Positions 52,278 to 64,000 of a stretch of 64,000 nucleotides of DNA are shown here, piece by piece. The notes under the pieces are model-generated. The model made no database searches. It was not told where the DNA came from and saw nothing but the letters and a program-made list of their open reading frames with translations. How positions within the stretch are numbered: the stretch's first letter is position 1; each line of letters begins with the position of its first letter. Origin of the DNA: Azolla caroliniana (Eukaryota; Plantae; Polypodiophyta); NCBI GenBank assembly GCA_043228905.1, contig JBHGNT010000006.1, positions 19,034,001 through 19,098,000 of the forward strand, read 5' to 3'. Position numbers and translations under genes: made by a program.

Positions 52278-55200
52278 ATGTCGTATGAAGAGGAGGCACC
52301 GGTCAGTTGTAAGCGCCCTCGTACAAGGTCAGTTATGAAGGTAGTGCAGCAAGCGTTCATTGCGCAAGAACAGCCGAAATTAAGCACAAAGTGGTCGAAA
52401 CTTCCTGACTTATCCGATCAATTACCTTCAGACGAAAAACAGACGGAAGAGGTATCGTTTTACGACATTTGGGACGATATGCCTTATACTTATTCTAAGT
52501 TCCGGGAAGGAACAGATGCGGAAGCACATGTTAGGGATTTCTTAACGACATGGGAGATTAACCATGGAGCTCAGCGATTGTCGGCAGATGCCGAAGATAA
52601 GTCAAAAATCGCTGAGTTCGTCTTATCATTAGACGGATATTCCGCTAATTGGTTTGCGCAGAACGGTCTTCAAGGATTTCCATCCTTTGAAGTGTTAACT
52701 AGTAAATTTTTACAATTATTTCATCAACAAATTCCGCAGAAGGATTTGATTGCGCAATTTTATGCGTTATATCAAGAAAAAAATGAAATAGTATCTCAGT
52801 TTGTGATACGATTTCAGAACTTACAACTTCAGATTTCAAGGCCGATTCCGGATAAGGAATTAAAAGAAGTCTTTCTAGAAGCTGTAAAAGAACCATTAAG
52901 GACGACATTGAAAGTGTTCGATTTTCGAAATCAGACTATCGAACAAGTAATTGATAAAGCAATAGAAATGGGTCGACCACCGGTCAATGTTCAGAGTATG
53001 GACATGTCGGCATTACACCGTACATTACCAACAATAGAGGAGTTACAATTTCGACAAGCAGTTCAATGCACCACTTGTTTAAATACGGGGCATTCGGCAA
53101 TTGAATGTACGTTAAGAACACATTGTACAATATGTCATTCAAAATTACATTCAGTAGAACAATGTGAATATAATCTGCTTAATAAGACTACGGCGTCAGT
53201 ACGACAAATTTTTACTGACAATGGTTACCAAAATAACACTAATCTGTTCAATGGTTATCAAAATAATAATTTTTCACAAAATCAGCAAAATGTACAACAG
53301 AATCCGGTTCTACAGCCAAATCAGATCTTTTCACAACACAATATGCAACCCACTCAAGTGACTCAAGCATTTCAACTAGGTTTTGTTCAATCCAATCCAC
53401 CATTCGTACAGAATCCGAATCAATATTTTCAACAAAATAATCAAAGTTTCCAACAAGGTAACCCACCATTTCAAGGGTTTCAACAGAACTGTCCGAATGT
53501 GCAACCGAATTCTACATTTCAACCAAATCCGGCATTTCAACCGGGTAATATGACCTTTCAACATAATACTCAAACCGTTCCACAAAATAATCAAATGTTT
53601 CAACAGAGTAATTTTCCGCCAAATCAGGAGTTCGGGATACCACACAATATAGCACAACCAAATGATAATACTGAACAATTTAGGCAGAATCGGTATAAAA
53701 ACAAGAGATTTTACAAACCAAAAGCTACACGTCAATACCAACAAAACCCGAATGGTAATGAAGAGCAGCAATTTAATAACGGCCAATTTGCACATGGAGA
53801 GACCAGTGCAACATTTGTACCCACTTGTTACATTTGTCGACAAATAGGCCATTATGCTAATCAATGTCCGGTTAAAGGAAAGGGTCCAACAGTTAATATG
53901 GTAATACCGGAAGTTCAGCAAGTAACGACACGCAGCAAAAGCAAACAATCAGAGTGGGAAATTCAGGAAGAAGTTCGGAAGGCGGCAAAAGAATGGGTGG
54001 ACGAAGCAAATCAAAGTAATGTGAATCGAATGTTACAAGACAATAACATTGACCAGGACATCGATGTACAACAGTCATTGGGGAATAAGGAACAGGAAGA
54101 AACTTGGAAACTGTTGGCTGATTGCCAAGTGTCATTGCCACTTACGGGCTTACTTAAGTTAGTACCAAGGTTTACAGAAAAAGTGGCAGCATTAATTGCA
54201 TATAAAGGTTCCGAACAAATAGCAGTACACTACAATCAGCCAAGTAATAACCCTTCGATCATGGATGAACAGAATCCGTCGATTAAGGTAATACTTTACG
54301 GGCAAGAAATCGGAAATGTGATTATAGATGGAGGCTCGGGTGTTAATGTGATTAACAAAACTACATGTGAAAAACTGGGAATCACGGAATGGGAAGCATG
54401 TCCGTTTTGGTTACGAATGGCAGATACAAGTACGGTACGACCGATTGGTTTGCTTCGAGAACTGGACGTAATAATCGGGGGACACAGTTTTCAGATTTCG
54501 GCAGTAATTTTGCAGTTAGAAACACAGGGAGCATACCCCTTGTTATTGGGGAGACCATGGTTAAAGACAGCTAATATTAAACAAAATTGGAAACAAAATG
54601 TGCTTACATTTAGGAAAGGAAAAACTAAGGTCAGGATTCCGACGCACAACAAAGTGACAACAAGCAAACAGAGTTTACCTGTACATGCAGAAGCAGTTAA
54701 TATGATGGAAGGATTGGACGAGGAAGAAGAAAGTCAGTATTTCGATGATAATCAGAAAATCATCCCTCTATTTGAGGTAGATATTTTGCAAGCATTAACA
54801 CCATATGTAGACTCACACGAAGAAGTGCCAATCGATGAGCAAACAATGAAAGAAATACGAATGCAACAAGAAGCTACAGATAAGGAAATGAAGGTATCTC
54901 AGAGAGTGCAAGCCTCAGCATTGGAGGAGATCGATTTGGCAGGAGTAGAGGATGCTGAAAGAAAAACAGTCTTGATTGCTAGAGATTTGGCGGAAAATGA
55001 CAAACGGACATTAACAACATTACTATTACAATATAAAGATGTTTTTGCATGGTCGTTTGACGATATGAAAGGTCTGGATCCCGCTTTTTGTCAACATCAA
55101 ATCAATTTGCATAAAGATGCAAAGCCAGTACAACAACGCAGGTACAGGTTGAATCCGAATTATGCTATCAAAGTAAAAGAAGAAATCGATAAACTCTTAA

Positions 55201-57757
55201 AAGTAGGATTTATTCGACCCGTCAAAAAATCAACATGGTTGAGTCCGATAGTAGTAGTCCCGAAAAAGAATGGGAAAATTCGCGTATGTGTGGATTACAG
55301 AAAATTGAATGCAGCGACAATTACGGATGCGTTTCCGTTGCCATTCACAGATGGCATATTAGATGCAGTAGCGGGACATGAAATTTATAGTTTCTTGGAT
55401 GGGTTCAGTGGGTACAACCAAGTACGGATGAATCCGGAAGATCAGGAAAAGACAGCCTTCGTCACAGAATGGGGTGTCTTTGTGGCAGTAGTAATGATGT
55501 TCGGTTTAAAAACAGCTCCAGCTACATTTCAGCGGGTAATACAGGAAATATTCGGGGAATATATTCCAGCTTTCATGCAGGTGTTTTTAGATGATTTTGC
55601 AGTATATAGTCGGAAAGCTGATCATTTTGAGCATTTACGGTTATGTTTAGAAAAATGTCGAAAAGGGCGTCTTAGCTTAAATCCAGCCAAATGCGCATTC
55701 GGAGTAATGAGTGGTACGTTACTTGGGCATATTGTCAGTCAAGAAGGGATTGCAGTGGACCCAGACAAAGTTAAAGCAATTATTGAGGCAACACCACCAA
55801 CAAATGCTAAAGCTCTAAGTAGATTTTTGGGTCAAATTCGGTGGCACAATAGAATGATGAGATATCTAGCAGACATTGCTATCCCGTTACACACAGCAGT
55901 ACACAAAGTTCCTTTTATATGGACAAGTATAGAACAAGATGCATACGAATGTCTCAAGAAGATGCTGACGAAGGTTCCGGTAGTTCAACCACCGGACTGG
56001 AACAAACCACTTCATGTTTTCGTCGATGCGTCGGACATTGCCATAGGCAGTGCTTTAATGCAATTATCCGAACCAAACTGGTATAGGCCGGTATACTATG
56101 CCAGTAGGAAACTTTCGTCGGCCGAAAGAAACTATTCAACAACCGAAAGAGAAGCTTTGGGAATGATATATAGTGTGAACAAATTTCGACATTACCTTTT
56201 GGGTAAGAAATTTACATTTCATGTGGATCATTCGGCTTTACTAAACAAGAATTGACAGGCAAGTTAGCCAGATGGACGTTATTGCTTCAAGAGTTTGAAT
56301 TCGACATTATACATCGACCAGGAGCACAGCACGCGATTGCTGACTATCTCAGTCGGCTTGAGTCTGGAGAAGAAGCGGTTGGGGTTAAAGATGATTTTCC
56401 ATATACTCAATTATTTCGGGTTGAGGCAGTAAAAGCACATGAAGTGAATGAGGAAAAAGAGGATGAATGGATTTCCGAAATGACGATATTTCTATCAACA
56501 GGAATTCCGGCCGAACACATGTCGACAGATGAAAGAAAAAGAATTGCAGTACGAAGTCGGAATTTTTGTTTATTTCATGACATATTGTATCATAAAGGAG
56601 CGGATGGAATATGGCGAAGGGCAGTACGAAAATTTGAAAAATCAGCCATATTAACAGAGTCACATTGTGGAATTGCTGGCGGTCATTACGCAGGAGAAGC
56701 AACAGCCAGAAAAATATGGAATAGCGGGTTATGGTGGCCAACGGTGATGAAAGATGCTAACGAATACTGTAAGAAATGCGATTTGTGTCAAAGAATGGGG
56801 CAACCAACCGAAAAGGATCGAATGCCTTTTCAACCGGTTTTACCTCTTGAGCCATTTCAGAAATGGGGCTTAGATTTTGTTGGCCCATTCAAACCAGCAG
56901 CTGCAAGAACCGGTAATCGATATATCATAATTGCGACTGACTATTGCACAAAATGGGTTGAAGCAAAAGCTCTCAGGGACAATACAGCAGCATCCACAGC
57001 AAAATTCCTATATGAGTATATATGGTGTCGATTCGGTTGCCCAATAGAATTGGTAAGCGATCAAGGCACTCATTTTATTAACAAGTTAATTAACGAATTA
57101 ACCAATTACTATGCCGTAGTTCATAAGAAAAGTACGCCTTACTATCCCCAAGCCAATGGATTGGCAGAATCGACAAATAAAACAATTCAAACAATTTTAA
57201 AGAAGATAGTGAATGAAAATCGTAATGATTGGGATCAAAAGTTAAATAGTGCATTATGGGCATATCGTACTTCGTACAAAACATCCATTAAATCAACACC
57301 TTTCCGAATGGCATTCGGACTCGAAGCCGTTATGCCGATCGAATTTCAAATTCCGACACTTCGTATCCAAGCAACGAATAAGTTAAATGAAATAGAATCG
57401 GAGCAGATACGCAAAGAGGCTTTATTAGTATTAGAAGAAGAACAGATTCAATCAATGTCAGCACTAGAACACAAGCAGAGACAAATCAAGGCATTCGTAA
57501 ATCGACATCGAAGGAAATCGGAAGAGCAATTCGAAATTGGGAAACCGGTATTGGTATTCCAGACGAGAATGGGACTTATGCCTGGGAAACTCCGGTATAG
57601 ATGGACAGGTCCAGTATGGATAATTAATAGTAAAAATGGTACGTACCAGCTGGGATCATTAACCGGAGAGGTTTTACCGAAATGGGTAAATGGATTCCGG
57701 CTTAAACCGTATTTGGGAGATATGCCGGTAAATCCGTTTATTCAAACGGAAGAGTAA
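52278..57757 (+). pseudogene. pol: Gypsy H gag-pol, with one frameshifting deletion near 56240
   Basis: Three CCHC knuckles, IIDGGSG, FLDDF, FVDASD, WGLDFVGP, YYPQANGLAE and WTGP. No chromodomain and no additional archaeal-type RNase H seen. Confidence 0.93.
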
Positions 57758-58175
57758 AAAAAAAAAAAAAAATTTAAAAAAAAAAAAAAACTAACTAACT
57801 CACTCAATAGTTCTTGTCAAATGCAGCAATACAATCTTGCCATAACAGTATGAATCGACTATAAATAGAAAGAGGAATTGCATGATTATTAGTAAGGAGT
57901 ACAACCACTACACGTAGAGTGAATACTAATTAATTCCTACATTAATAGCAATTACTATTCTTTAAGTCATCATGCATAAGTTAATATCTTTAAAGCATAT
58001 TTCTGTATCGTCTGTGTCGCCAAAACAACGGAAACGAGTGCAGATATCGAAACAGTCTGAGCCTTCGTGCCCTAGTTCGCCCAAACTCTGTTTTTCTGAT
58101 TTTCATCGCTACAGAAACTGTGCAGATCTGCAACCGTTATCGACAAGTGATTCAGAACAAGGAAACACAGAAGTC

Positions 58176-60630
58176 ATGCCGATTCCTGTATCTGAAGAAC
58201 TGCGATTGTGGCTTCATGAGAGAAACTTACAAGGTTTCATCAAAGTAGCAGAAGCGGAACCTCATCCGCAGGCGGAAGAATTGGTACAACAAATAGACAT
58301 CACCAAAATCACCACAAAGAAAATACGAAATGCATTACAGATGCCAAGAGGAGGCTTTGAGGCAGTTAAAAAACCTTCATCAGAAGCACTCCAATCGTAT
58401 TTCGGGGAATACTCACCCTCGGCAAAAGCATATCAGACTTATGGAGGTCGGGATGAGTTTTTTCATGAAGTGGCTAGATTTTTATTAGAGGTGGGATTTG
58501 TCAGTCCTCGTTTTTATTGTATGCCGAAAAAAAGGGCTGGGTTTATCATAGCCGCATACGAAAAAGAGGATTTCAACTGGCCACTATTGTCGGGGGAAGC
58601 TCTGAGAGAGCAGCTACAAGGGGTAAAAACAGGAAAACCGATGAAGCAAATTTTTGGTCGTTGGTTATCGGTATTGTTTCCGATTCAAGAATCGGAAACT
58701 CCTGTTCAGTCAAGAAGACCACCGATAGTACAAGCACCACGAAGACACCGACAGGTAGTACATGAAGAATGGATAGAAGAAGAATCGGCACATGCCGATA
58801 ATATACAAACGAATATGCCTCAGTCGGAACCACCAAGACCAGAGAATTCCGAAAACAGGCAACCAGCAGCCGAACAAGAAACAGTTGACAATTTGATAAA
58901 CAAGCAACAGCCGACAGAAAATCAACAACAAGCAGAGAAGATGCGACAAAGGACAAGGATTAAACAAAAGGCTAATCGGCAATTACAACCAGAAAACAGT
59001 GAGGAATCAGCACCGAAAAGGCACCGCACAAATGAAAATTCGAATACGCCTGTGGTAACAGAAGTACTAAAACCAGGGAATGAGAGCGTTTCGACACAAC
59101 CTCACCAAGGACAATCTTCAAAAGTAGCAATTCGGGAAGCACATGGGTACTTGGATATCCCACCAGCAGCACATGAATTAGCTGCCATTTTACAGTTCGG
59201 AACTTCATACGAACTGGTTGAATGGTTGGCTAAAAGACTGACAGAAGTATCAGAACGGCTGGCTCAAGAACATAATGACCGAATAATGATACAGAAAGCC
59301 TTACGAGGAGTGTTGGAACCTCAAGAAAAAGCAGAGATAGAGAAAATAGGCCGGAAAAGAAGTGCACAGAATAGAGGGGAGGCTATTGAAATGCCACCAT
59401 TACATGAAGCACTGGTCGAAATTCATAAAGAATATGAAACGGCACGCAAAGCAGCCAGTGATATGGCTGAAAGATACAAAAGTGTATCAGCATCGGCGGA
59501 GGTGCTGAAACATCAGTTTTGTAACATACAGGCAGAAAATAAAGAACTAAAGGAAAGTCTAAACAAATGGGAAACACAGGCACGGCTTATGGTGTCGGAG
59601 TTAGAATGGCAGCAGAAATTGGAGGACGCTGAGAAAGCACGTCAAGCAGAAACAACAAGGGCCAACAATGCTGTATTTCGAACTACAGAATTAGAAAAAC
59701 AAATAGAAACCATTCAGAATGGTCAATACAAAGTTCTCGAAGAAAAAAAATCAAGTAATAAACGAATTACAGAAAAATCTAGAAGAAGCTAAGACGGCCA
59801 ATCATACATATACCGAACAAATTGAAGAATTCGAAAGGTATATAGTGTCACAGGAAAGTCAATTGACAGAAAAAGAGCGGAGTCTTGAAGAAGTCAACAG
59901 AAGAATGACGGAACAGCAGGAGGAATGGAGTAAAGAGAAATCGGCATTCGAACAACAACTGGACGAAATTCGGAAGATATCGGAACAAAGACGGCTGGAT
60001 ATATATGTAGTCGAATCCAAACTAATGCGAGCTGAAAGTGAGAACCGAACCACTATTACGGATTTACAGAAAGAGTTGCAGACCGCCCAATACGTCGCAA
60101 GCATCACTAGGGACAAAGTGCAGCACATCATAGGGAAACATCGAAACCTAGCAAAGAAAATGATCGATGAATCCCTTGCGCAAGGATGGAAGTTATGGAC
60201 AGCACAAGCGGCGGAATTACAGTTATTGCGTGCCGACAAAAATAACCGTCAGGTCCAAGGTGCAGGTTTTTTTAAAATGGCACAAAAGGATATTGACAAT
60301 ATCCAAGAGGATATCATGAAAGATATGGACGAAATTGCGGCATTTTACAGAGAAGAAATTCAACGTATTATGCAAGAATTCGACAAAAATGATATAGGCA
60401 CTTCCGTCCAGTTGGATAAAATCGAAGCCGAAAGAACCAGCAAGACTCCTGGTATTCAAGCTTCCGGAAGAAGTGAACCAGAGCAGCCAACCGAATCACA
60501 ACCTGCTCCGAAGGACGACTGTGACACAGATGAAGATGAAGAGGAAGATATAGGTGGAATACATCCAAGGCCAGATGAGCCTTCGATTTTTGATATTCTG
60601 AACGATTCGGATGAAGAGCTACAGGAATAG
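58176..60630 (+). CDS. Extra (env-position) ORF: globular N-terminus, long coiled coil and acidic tail; split by an A8 run at 59743-59750
   Basis: ORFs 57972-59792 and 59719-60630 join into one frame if one A is removed (EEKNQVINEL). Likely start MPIPVSEEL. Confidence 0.75.
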
Positions 60631-60631
60631 G

Positions 60632-60674
60632 CGTGGGTTCGCTGGACAAGGTCCTGGCCCACGGACGTGCCAAG
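60632..60674 (+). other. tRNA 3'-half-like hairpin ending in CCA at the PPT position
   Basis: CGTGGGTTCG...GGCCCACGGACGTGCCA-AG-TGTTA; no purine run present. Confidence 0.75.
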
Positions 60675-61541
60675 TGTTACCCGGACCCGGACAGTCAGTT
60701 TTACCGAACAAGTGGGAAAGCGTCGAAAACAGAGTCGGTTTGGATCGACTGTTCGGATCAATGACTCAGCAGTAAACGAAGAGAACTAAGTTAGTTAGAT
60801 AATTTTGTAAATCTTGATAGTAAGTAGGAATAGTTCTTGATGAGAAAAGACCTTCGGTATACCTATAAAAGGGAACCGAAGGCATTGTAAGAAAGGTCGT
60901 CTTATTTAGTAATATAAGTTTAAGTTAGGAATATCCTGTACGGATTCTGTGTTCTTTCTATTGTCTATGTTCTTAAGTGCAAGCTTCCTAATTTATAACT
61001 AAGTAACGATCACGGTAATTACCGATTAATATAGTATAATTCCGTTCGTAAAACACAATTCCTTGTTAGAACGTTGAGTAGCGACGTTCACTCTTCTGTA
61101 TCGGTAGTAGTTAGTAATTAGCCGATTAACACCGATCCGACTCAACGTTGCCGGTTTCGTATTTCGACATCTTCTTCTTCCCCTTCTCTTTGCACGTGAA
61201 CCGTCTCCTCGGTTACTTGCGCGGGGAGAGCACGACAGAGTCTCTACTACTCACTGGTTCCTCATCCGACTGGTCATCTCGACTTAGCCGCTCGTTCAGC
61301 CCGCTCAACCGAAATGATTCCGGACTCACATCTAGAGTCTCGAACCCTTCGTCTTCTAACTGGACTGGTTCAGGCTCACTGGCCTCATCCTCCGGTATCG
61401 GGTCGGGGTCGGAAGTCGGAGCAGGTAAGGCATACAATGATGCCGTCTCATCAAACCCAACATCCCGGCTTACTCGAACCTGCTTCCTCCGGGGGTTATA
61501 ACACTTATACCCCTTTTGCTCATGCGAGTAACCGATTAGGA

Positions 61542-64000
61542 TGCACGCCAATTCGCGTCTTTAGCCGCTTCTGCGTAGCTCTCCGGCTCACGCACTTCCG
61601 CTACACGAGTCATGTACGCATAATGATGCGCCATGTACTCGTTGTAACCGAACCGCACAACTGGGTTCTTTTGGCGGGTAGATCGGCGTAATCTCACATT
61701 AGCCAATGTCGAGGCCTTCTCGGTCGACACGGTTTTCATCTTTAAAGACCTGTCACCGGTTCCCTCGGAGTCGGACTCGCATCGGTCTGACTCGTTCCTT
61801 TCCGTGCCGGAATCCGACACCTTCTTCTTCCCTTTCTCTTTGCGCGTAAGCCGTCTCCTCGGCTTCCTGCGCGGGGAATGCACGGCCGAGTCTCCACTAC
61901 TCGCCGGCTCTTCATCGGACTGGTCGTACCGACTCAGTCGTCCAATCGGTCCACTTAACCGGAGTGAAATCGGACTCTCTTCGCGGATCTCGATTTCGGG
62001 CTCATCCGGAGGCATCTCGGCCTCGCTGACCTCATCGTCCGAGCTCGGATTGGAGTCGAGGTTCGTAGTCGGGGGCAGGTACCAGGACGCAAACTCATCA
62101 AACACAACGTCGCGGCTGACACGCGCTTGTTTGGTGCGAGGGTTATAGCACTTATAACCCTTCTGCTCGTCCGAGTAACCAACCAAGATGCATTTCTCGG
62201 CCTTTGCGTCCAGCTTCCTCCTTTTCTCCTTCGGTATATGCACATACGCAATGCTACCGAACACCCTCAAGTGTCGCAAGTTCGGCTTCGTTCCGAAATA
62301 TAGCTCGTGCGCCGACACTTTGTCTCCAATCCGGTTCTGGATGTATACCGCGGTCCTTACCGCCTCGGCCCAATAGAACTTGGGCAAGCTCTTCTCCTCC
62401 AGCATTGCCCATGCCGCTTCCACAATTGACCGATTCTTCCTCTCAGCCACGCCGTTCTGCTCCGGCATGTATCTACAACTGATTTCGCACCGAATTCCCA
62501 TTTGTTGTAGATAATCGTTGAATTGACAGGAGAAGTACTCTTTCCCGCCATCCGACCGCAGGCACTTGATCTTTCGTCCCGTCTCCGTTTCCACGAACCC
62601 TTTGAGGTCCCGAAAGCAGTCGAAGACTTCGCTCTTCCTCTCAATGAGGTAGATCCACGTGTGCCGCGTGTGGTCGTCGATGAAGGAGACGAAATATTGG
62701 TTCCCGCCAAGACTAACGTTTTGTGCCGGCCCCCATACATCGGAGTGTATAAGGTCGAGCTTGTTCCGGCTCCGGTTTCGGTCGTTGGGGAAAGGAAGTC
62801 GGTGTTGCTTCCCGAGTTGGCAGGCTTCACAAATTTGTGCCTTTCGGCCACTAAATTTGGGCAATCCGAACACTACCTGTTTCGATTGCAGATCTTGAAG
62901 CCGCTGGTAGTTGATGTGGCCTATCCGCTTATGCCACAAGTCAATGTCCGACTCGGTTTTTCTTCCCTTCGCGAACATTGCGGTGCCGCCATCAGTGGAG
63001 TCGAGGATGAACATCCTCCCGTCTCTGCGCCCTTGCGCAATCACACGGCCTTCTTCCTCAATGAAGCACCCGAGGTGTGTAAACCGAACCTCCATCCCTT
63101 GGTCGACGATCTATCCGACCAAGACCAAGTTCTTCGTGATTGTCGGAACGTGCAACACGTTCATGAGTTTCCCTTTCTGCCCGACATGGCTAAGGGGAAC
63201 TTCTCCGACATTCGCGATCGGATGCGGAGTGTCGTCTCCAGTTGCGACTACTCCAGGTTGTATCGGTTTTTCAAGGTACGAGAACCACTCCTTATGGCTC
63301 GTCATGTGGTTTGACGCGCCGGAGTCTACGTACCACACGTCGTCTGATCTCGGGGTGATCCGTTTCATTGACTTTGCTTCGTGTCTCGTCACGAAAGCAG
63401 ACCCTTCTGCGGCTCTCCCGGAGTCTTCAGCGTAGTGCGATCGCTGCCAATTTCCCTTGTCGGTATTTCCAGAACCGGTTCTCTCCGAATCGGCGCGCTT
63501 CTTCTAGCACTCACTTTCCCTGTGGCCTTTCTTGCCACAGTACCAGCACTCCGCGATGGCCTTCCGTTGCCGGTTCTCATCGCTTTGGTTCCCCCTGTTT
63601 TCGGAGGGTCCGGAGTTGCTGTCGGCATCACTTCGGTGCCTTCTTCCTTGATCTCATCAACCGCCTCCATTGCGCCCTGACTCGCCTCGTCCTCCACGTC
63701 CACGGGGCCTATCTCCCTCTGTGTACAACATTCTGTTGTCGGCGTGCGTGCTTGTAGACGCACCCGCGTGGTTCTCCTCCACCAGGAGCATTGACTGTAA
63801 GTCGAAAAAGGACGGTGTATTCTCCCGGGTACACACAGCCGTTCGGAACGCTCCGAACTTCGACGCCAAACCTCCGAGACAGATCTGGACCATCTCGCTC
63901 TCCTCGATGTTCACCTCTATGGAAGCGAGGGAGTCGCAGATATCCTTGATCTTCGAGGTATAGTCCGCCACCGACAAGTCGCGTTGTCGTAGGTTGCTCA
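61542..64000 (-). mobile_element. Ty1/copia fragment J (gag-PR-INT), a sister subfamily of G, continuing out of the window
   Basis: MSVADYTSKIK, WYVDSGAS, SFIDDHTR, LRSDGGKEY and PEQNGVAER; fused to G at TGCA 61542-61545. Confidence 0.9.

Larger units (their letters stand above)
51762..61131 (+). mobile_element. Full-length non-chromovirus Ty3/Gypsy H (Athila/Tat superclade) with an extra 3' ORF
   Basis: TSD CCGAT (51757-51761, 61132-61136); 457-bp LTRs 51762-52218 and 60675-61131 with about 5 differences; PBS TGGCACGCCCGGT at 52230-52242. Confidence 0.96.
41945..61545 (-). mobile_element. Ty1/copia element G (E/F family), split by Gypsy I and Gypsy H
   Basis: 3' LTR 41945-42360; PPT 42361-42372; RNase H/RT 42604-44380; linker 51415-51756 and 61137-61545. 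The sequence rejoins across both TSDs. Confidence 0.9.

Noticed and set aside
57756-57790. Poly(A) tail of a LINE/SINE insertion
   Set aside because: It directly follows the pol stop with no TSD or upstream non-LTR body; treated as an internal A-tract of element H.

Overview
This window is a repeat-saturated plant nuclear region; a non-seed plant such as a fern is inferred from the Tcn1-like chromovirus and the element spectrum. It is almost entirely nested LTR retrotransposons, and I recognise no host gene. Contents: at least 8 Ty1/copia copies or fragments (one near-intact, 10596-16073); an intact Tcn1-like chromovirus (3398-9165); a group-II-chromodomain Gypsy (44381-51409); an Athila/Tat-superclade Gypsy with an extra 3' ORF (51762-61131); a tandem, pol-less LTR element primed by tRNA-Trp (23021-32610); related solo LTRs; and a 100-N gap. 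Four signals stand out. (1) The Gypsy at 51762-61131 has no polypurine tract. In its place is a tRNA-Arg 3'-half look-alike ending in CCA, 2 nt before the 3' LTR and complementary to its own PBS. (2) LTRs of unrelated families carry an antisense tRNA-like Pol III A/B-box cassette in U3 with identical 44-nt spacing. (3) The chromovirus shows Tf1-type self-priming and a G-UUA-AAC -1 frameshift signal. (4) The Trp-primed LTR group shows 14-bp terminal inverted repeats, and a related solo LTR has a 4-bp ACGT target duplication. All coordinates and counts were read by eye.
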